Below the pieces are notes generated by a model. That model saw nothing but the letters and a program-made list of their open reading frames with translations, was not told the DNA's origin and did no database searches. From positions 62,186,001 to 62,250,000 of the forward strand of contig OZ296651.1 of assembly GCA_965655095.1 (NCBI GenBank): DNA of 64,000 nucleotides, in the 5' to 3' direction. The position numbers and the translations under genes were made by a program. This DNA is from Haplodiscus bocki. Taxonomy: Eukaryota. Shown one piece after another: positions 63,859 to 64,000 of the stretch; position 1 is the first letter of the stretch; every line of letters begins with the position of its first letter.

Positions 63859-64000
63859 AGTAGTAAGAGTGTGAGCTGAGTTGGTGGGGGAGGGGTGGAA
63901 GTCCCTCATGTATTAAGATAGGCTATAGCGAGCCGACTTGAGCCAAGAGCCGAGAAGCGACCTCCACCCGAGCTGAGAGATCTCGGGTGACGTAATGCTC
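63859..64000 (+). mobile_element. Terminus of a further Polinton (element C, related to B), running off the window
   Basis: Begins AGTAGTAAGAG and is a direct-orientation, diverged match to 55409-55560. Confidence 0.82.

Overview
AT-rich eukaryotic DNA made almost entirely of decayed mobile elements; I could not identify a host gene. The proteins resemble repeats I recall from acoel worm assemblies, but this is unverified. Positions 1-16 kb hold LTR-retrotransposon debris (two solo-LTR-like copies carrying a gag-like ORF start, and a Gypsy gag remnant), a tRNA-Cys-like SINE head, MITE-like repeats and a 200-N gap. Positions 16.4-21.8 kb hold a heavily deleted Polinton/Maverick (adintovirus-like) remnant: pPolB and integrase on +, with major capsid protein (MCP), an unknown ORF, packaging ATPase, a TM protein and a small basic protein on -. 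Positions 21.85-54.26 kb are the main feature: a ~32.4-kb tandem array of about 33 copies of a ~980-bp unit made of the convergent 3' ends of that Polinton's integrase and MCP genes. The array has a homogenised core, diverged flanks and two ~2.92-kb trimeric higher-order duplications, so it looks like a virus-capsid-derived macrosatellite. The Polinton backbone resumes at 54.26 kb and is cut at 55,409 by a second, different Polinton (terminus, 30-bp subterminal repeats, frameshifted pPolB, unknown ORFs). That element is in turn interrupted at 63,859 by the terminus of a related third copy. Protein family calls rest on motif recognition by eye, not database searches.
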